From contig JAXDLV010000224.1 in NCBI GenBank assembly GCA_034666445.1, forward strand, positions 1 to 39,871: a stretch of DNA of 39,871 nucleotides. The letters are read 5' to 3'. The position numbers and the translations under genes are program-made. This DNA comes from Chloroflexota bacterium. GTDB lineage: Bacteria; Chloroflexota; Dormibacteria; DASZGP01. Positions 36,710 to 39,871 of the stretch are shown in pieces. How positions within the stretch are numbered: the first letter of the stretch is position 1; each line of letters opens with the position of its first letter. A model generated the notes under the pieces. The model had not been told where the DNA came from and made no database searches. It worked only from the letters and a program-made list of their open reading frames with translations.

Positions 36710-37540
36710 TTGGCCGAGATCCCCGAGAGGGTGAAAACCCGCACCCAGCTGGTCGAGGAGGCCATCAACGCCGCCCTCGAGCGGGAGTGGCCAAAGGCCC
36801 TGGAGCTCAACGAGGAGATCGTTGAACGCTTCGGTGTCGACGAGGAGACCCACAACCGCCTGGGCAAGGTCCACACCGAGATGGGCAAGATGGACGACGC
36901 GCTGACCTCGTACAAGGCCACCCTCGAGCTGAACCCCCTCAACGGGATCGCGATCAAGAACGTGAACCGCCTGGAGTCCCTGATCGAGGAGAAGGCCGAC
37001 CTGCCCAAGGCGCAGTCGGCCGTCGACGTCGGGCTGTTCGTCGAGGAGATGGGCAAGACGACCCTCGCGGCGGTGGTCCTTGACAAGGGCTTCGACGCCG
37101 ACATCCTGGCGGCGGGCGACGTGGTCAAGCTGGTCGCCGCGGGCGAGACGCTGAAGGTGGCCACCGCCTCCGGTGCCGCGATCGGGCACGTGGAGGCCAA
37201 GCTGGCGCGGCGGGTGCTCAAGTTCATCGAGGGTGGCAACGAGTACACCGCCGCGGTGGCCACCAGCGACAGCAAGAGCGTGCGGATCATCATCCGCGAG
37301 ACCAAGCAGGCGCCGGAGTTCGCCGGCGTGCCCTCCTTCCCTGTCCGCAAGGGCCAGGACTTCCGCGCCTACGCCAAGGACTCGCTCCTGCGCGACGCCG
37401 ACGGCGACAGCCTGGATGACGGCGACGACGCGGACGGCGACGACGCGGAAGAGCTCGACGGCCTCCACCCGGTGATCCCGGGGCTGGAGGACGCCAGCGA
37501 TGAGAGCGACGACGACTCCGACAGCGACGACAACTACTAG
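36710..37540 (+). CDS. TPR protein with a central beta-rich domain and a strongly acidic C-terminal tail
   Basis: TPR-like WPKALELNEEI..NRLGKVHTEMGKMDDALTSYKATLELNPLNGIA, then FVEEMGKT, IGHVEAKLARRV and VRIIIRE, then a D/E-rich tail. Confidence 0.82.
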   Translation: MAEIPERVKTRTQLVEEAINAALEREWPKALELNEEIVERFGVDEETHNRLGKVHTEMGKMDDALTSYKATLELNPLNGIAIKNVNRLESLIEEKADLPKAQSAVDVGLFVEEMGKTTLAAVVLDKGFDADILAAGDVVKLVAAGETLKVATASGAAIGHVEAKLARRVLKFIEGGNEYTAAVATSDSKSVRIIIRETKQAPEFAGVPSFPVRKGQDFRAYAKDSLLRDADGDSLDDGDDADGDDAEELDGLHPVIPGLEDASDESDDDSDSDDNY

Positions 37541-37555
37541 GCCTTCGAGGGGCTG

Positions 37556-38416
37556 ATGCAGGGGCGGGGGGCGGTTGTCATCACCGGCGCCTCCACGGGC
37601 ATCGGCGAGGCCAGCGCAACCAGGCTGGCGGCGGCCGGGCACCTGGTTTTCGCGGGGGTGCGCAAGCAGGCGGACGCCGACCGCCTGGCCAGCGCCAGCC
37701 TGCCCAACCTGCGGCCACTGATGATCGACGTGGCCGACAGCGCCTCGATCAAGGCTGCCGCCGCCGATGTCGAGGCAGCCGTCGGCGACGCCGGGATCGC
37801 CGGCCTGGTCAACAACGCGGGACTGTCGCTGGGCGCGCCGCTGGAGTTCCAGGACATGGACGAGGTCCGCTCGATGATCAACGTCAACGTGGTCGGCCTG
37901 ATCGAGACCACGCAGGCGTTCATGCCGCTGATCCGCCGCGGGGGCGGCCGGGTGGTGTGCATCAGCTCGATCGGCGGCCGGGTGGCGACGCCGTTCGTGG
38001 CGGTGTACTCGGCCAGCAAGTCGGCGGTCACCGCGCTCTGCCATTCGCTCCGCCTGGAGCTGCGGCCGTGGGGCATCAAGGTCATCTGCATCGAGCCCGG
38101 CTCGATCGCCACCCCGATCTGGGACAAGGGCCTGGAGGAGTTCCAGGCGGCGATGGCAAAGATGCCCCCGGAGGCGCTGGAGTACTACGGGCCGTTCACC
38201 GGCCGGATGCAGGAGATCACGAAGGAGATCGCCCGCCGCGGCATCCCCGCCTCGCGCGTCGCCGAGGTGGTCCAGGAGGCGCTCAGCGCGCCCCGGCCCC
38301 GCGCGCGGTACCTGGTCGGCGCCGACGCGAAGGCCCAGTCGGTCGTCGGCCGGCTGCCGGACCGGGCGCGGGACGAGCTCCTCGCTCGCTACATCGGGAT
38401 CCCCACCAAGAGCTAA
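37556..38416 (+). CDS. Classical short-chain dehydrogenase/reductase
   Basis: Motifs TGASTGIG, LVNNAG, ISS, YSASK (YxxxK) and IEPG. Confidence 0.93.
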   Translation: MQGRGAVVITGASTGIGEASATRLAAAGHLVFAGVRKQADADRLASASLPNLRPLMIDVADSASIKAAAADVEAAVGDAGIAGLVNNAGLSLGAPLEFQDMDEVRSMINVNVVGLIETTQAFMPLIRRGGGRVVCISSIGGRVATPFVAVYSASKSAVTALCHSLRLELRPWGIKVICIEPGSIATPIWDKGLEEFQAAMAKMPPEALEYYGPFTGRMQEITKEIARRGIPASRVAEVVQEALSAPRPRARYLVGADAKAQSVVGRLPDRARDELLARYIGIPTKS

Positions 38417-39871
38417 CCCCCGGGCCGCGCGTCCCAGAGGCGGACGACGTTGCAGTCGCTGACACGACGCTCCCAGACGAGGCCGTAGCCCGCCCCGCGG
38501 AGGCTCGACTCGAGTGCGTCGTTATCGACGTTGACGTGGTACGGGTAGCACGACGTCCCCGTGATGACGGCAGCGGGCCTGCTGTCGAGCGAGGTCAGCC
38601 GGACGTTGACCGCGTACGTTGGCACGTTCACCGTCGCCGACCGGTGGCGCACGGCCAGCTCATGGTTCACCCCGTTGGCGTTGACCAGCGGGTCGTCGCG
38701 GAACACCACCACCGAGTTGCCCTGCATCGCATCGACCAGCGCCGCGAGCAGGGCGCTCGAGCGATCCTGCGGTAGCGGGACGCCGCGGGCCGCCAGCGTG
38801 GCGTCGTTCTCGTACGGCGGGACCCCGACGAAGGTGGCCAGCTGCGCCGGGCGTACGCCCGCCGGCAACGCCATCGCCAGGACGCTCGCGGCGATCAGAA
38901 GCCCGCCGCCGACCGCCACCACCCGCCGTCCACCCGCCGCCCGGGCCGCCGCCAGGATGAGGACCAGCATTGCGGGGACCAGGACCGGCAGGTCAAAGGC
39001 GGTGCCGTGCGACGCCACCGCGCCGAGGACCACTAACACCGCCGCGAACGAGATCACGACGACCCCGCCAAGCTCCCCCCACCCGGCCGCTCCCGGGCCT
39101 GGCCGGCCTGGTCGCCGCCGGACCCCTCCAACGGCCCAGGTCCCGACCACGACGGCGAGGAACAGGACCGTCGCCGGTCCCGCCTCCTTCAGCGACCACG
39201 CCAGCCGGTCCATCCCGGGGATGCCCTTGCGGGCGACGGGCCCCACGCCGAACTCCTTGACCGTCGACAGCCATTGCCAGGCGGCCGGGCCGCTGACCAC
39301 CCACCACGGCCCGGCCACCAGCAGCGCGGCGGCGGCGGCGATCGCCATGTTGCGGGCGCGGCGGCGGGTGAGCCGGGGTCCCCGGCTCGTGAGGCTGACC
39401 ACCACGACGCCGGCCGCCAGCCCGGCCACGTACACCGGCGCCATCGAGCGGCTCAGCGCCAGCATCCCGGCACAGACCCCGACCAGGGCGCTCACGCCCG
39501 TCCGCTCGAACCACCCCGACTGCAGCAGCAGCAGCACAAAGGCCATCGCGGCCAGCGTGGCCAGCAGCGCCATGTGCACCATCAGCGACCAGGCCAGGAC
39601 TGGCGGCGCAAGGCAGACGACAGCGGCCGCGCCGGCCGCCACCCCGGGGCTGGCAAACCTTCGTGCCAGCAGGTAGGTCACCAGGCACAGCGCCAGCAGG
39701 ATGGGCAGCTGCACCAGCACGGCAACGTCCGGCCCAAAGCCGGACAGGGGCGCCGCCAGCGTGGGGAGGACCGGGGCGTCCTGCCCCGTCGCCAGGAACG
39801 CGCGCACGAAGGCGCCCGGGTGTCCCCCCGCCAGCGGCTGCCAGAGTGAGCGGGCGAGGGAGGTGTAGAGG
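38413..39871 (-). CDS. Multi-pass membrane protein, probable GT-C (ArnT/PMT-like) glycosyltransferase; 5' end outside the window
   Basis: The frame stays open upstream of the ORF-track start to the window edge (LYTSLARSLWQP...). Many TM segments, with TYLLARRF, LALSR and VAGPWW patterns typical of GT83/PMT_2-like proteins, and a soluble C-terminal domain. Confidence 0.65.
   Translation of the reverse strand, partial: LYTSLARSLWQPLAGGHPGAFVRAFLATGQDAPVLPTLAAPLSGFGPDVAVLVQLPILLALCLVTYLLARRFASPGVAAGAAAVVCLAPPVLAWSLMVHMALLATLAAMAFVLLLLQSGWFERTGVSALVGVCAGMLALSRSMAPVYVAGLAAGVVVVSLTSRGPRLTRRRARNMAIAAAAALLVAGPWWVVSGPAAWQWLSTVKEFGVGPVARKGIPGMDRLAWSLKEAGPATVLFLAVVVGTWAVGGVRRRPGRPGPGAAGWGELGGVVVISFAAVLVVLGAVASHGTAFDLPVLVPAMLVLILAAARAAGGRRVVAVGGGLLIAASVLAMALPAGVRPAQLATFVGVPPYENDATLAARGVPLPQDRSSALLAALVDAMQGNSVVVFRDDPLVNANGVNHELAVRHRSATVNVPTYAVNVRLTSLDSRPAAVITGTSCYPYHVNVDNDALESSLRGAGYGLVWERRVSDCNVVRLWDARPGG

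Noticed and set aside
36499-38127. Minus-strand ORFs 36499-37350, 36689-38044 and 37537-38127
   Set aside because: Antisense shadows of the TPR and SDR genes. SDR genes commonly have open antisense frames.

Overview
High-GC bacterial window, gene-dense and with no recognisable transposase, integrase, rRNA, tRNA or CRISPR array. Lipoprotein substrate-binding proteins, an LPxTG-like tail, apparently leaderless genes and the ahcY/metK/manC/pgm/TPR neighbourhood suggest a monoderm soil lineage such as Chloroflexota or Ca. Dormibacterota (inference only). A plus-strand housekeeping series (ugd, UDP-glucuronate decarboxylase, PfkB kinase, ahcY, metK, manC, phosphomannomutase, cupin, membrane protein, TPR protein, SDR) is interleaved with glycosyltransferases, an FkbM methyltransferase, polar and branched-chain amino-acid ABC transporters, and four large secreted proteins. 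Four things stand out. (1) A ~613-bp non-coding nested palindrome at 12607-13219 fills the gap after ahcY. It can fold as one ~300-bp rod or as two ~250-nt sub-hairpins plus a central hairpin. (2) A divergent pair of large secreted proteins have unrelated N-termini but end in the same triple ~140-aa 'WKESGGFAGTFSPNAA' module. (3) An S53 protease ends in six 'GYTLDGYGG..YWxGWDIAR' repeats. (4) The metK leader is structured and is a riboswitch candidate.
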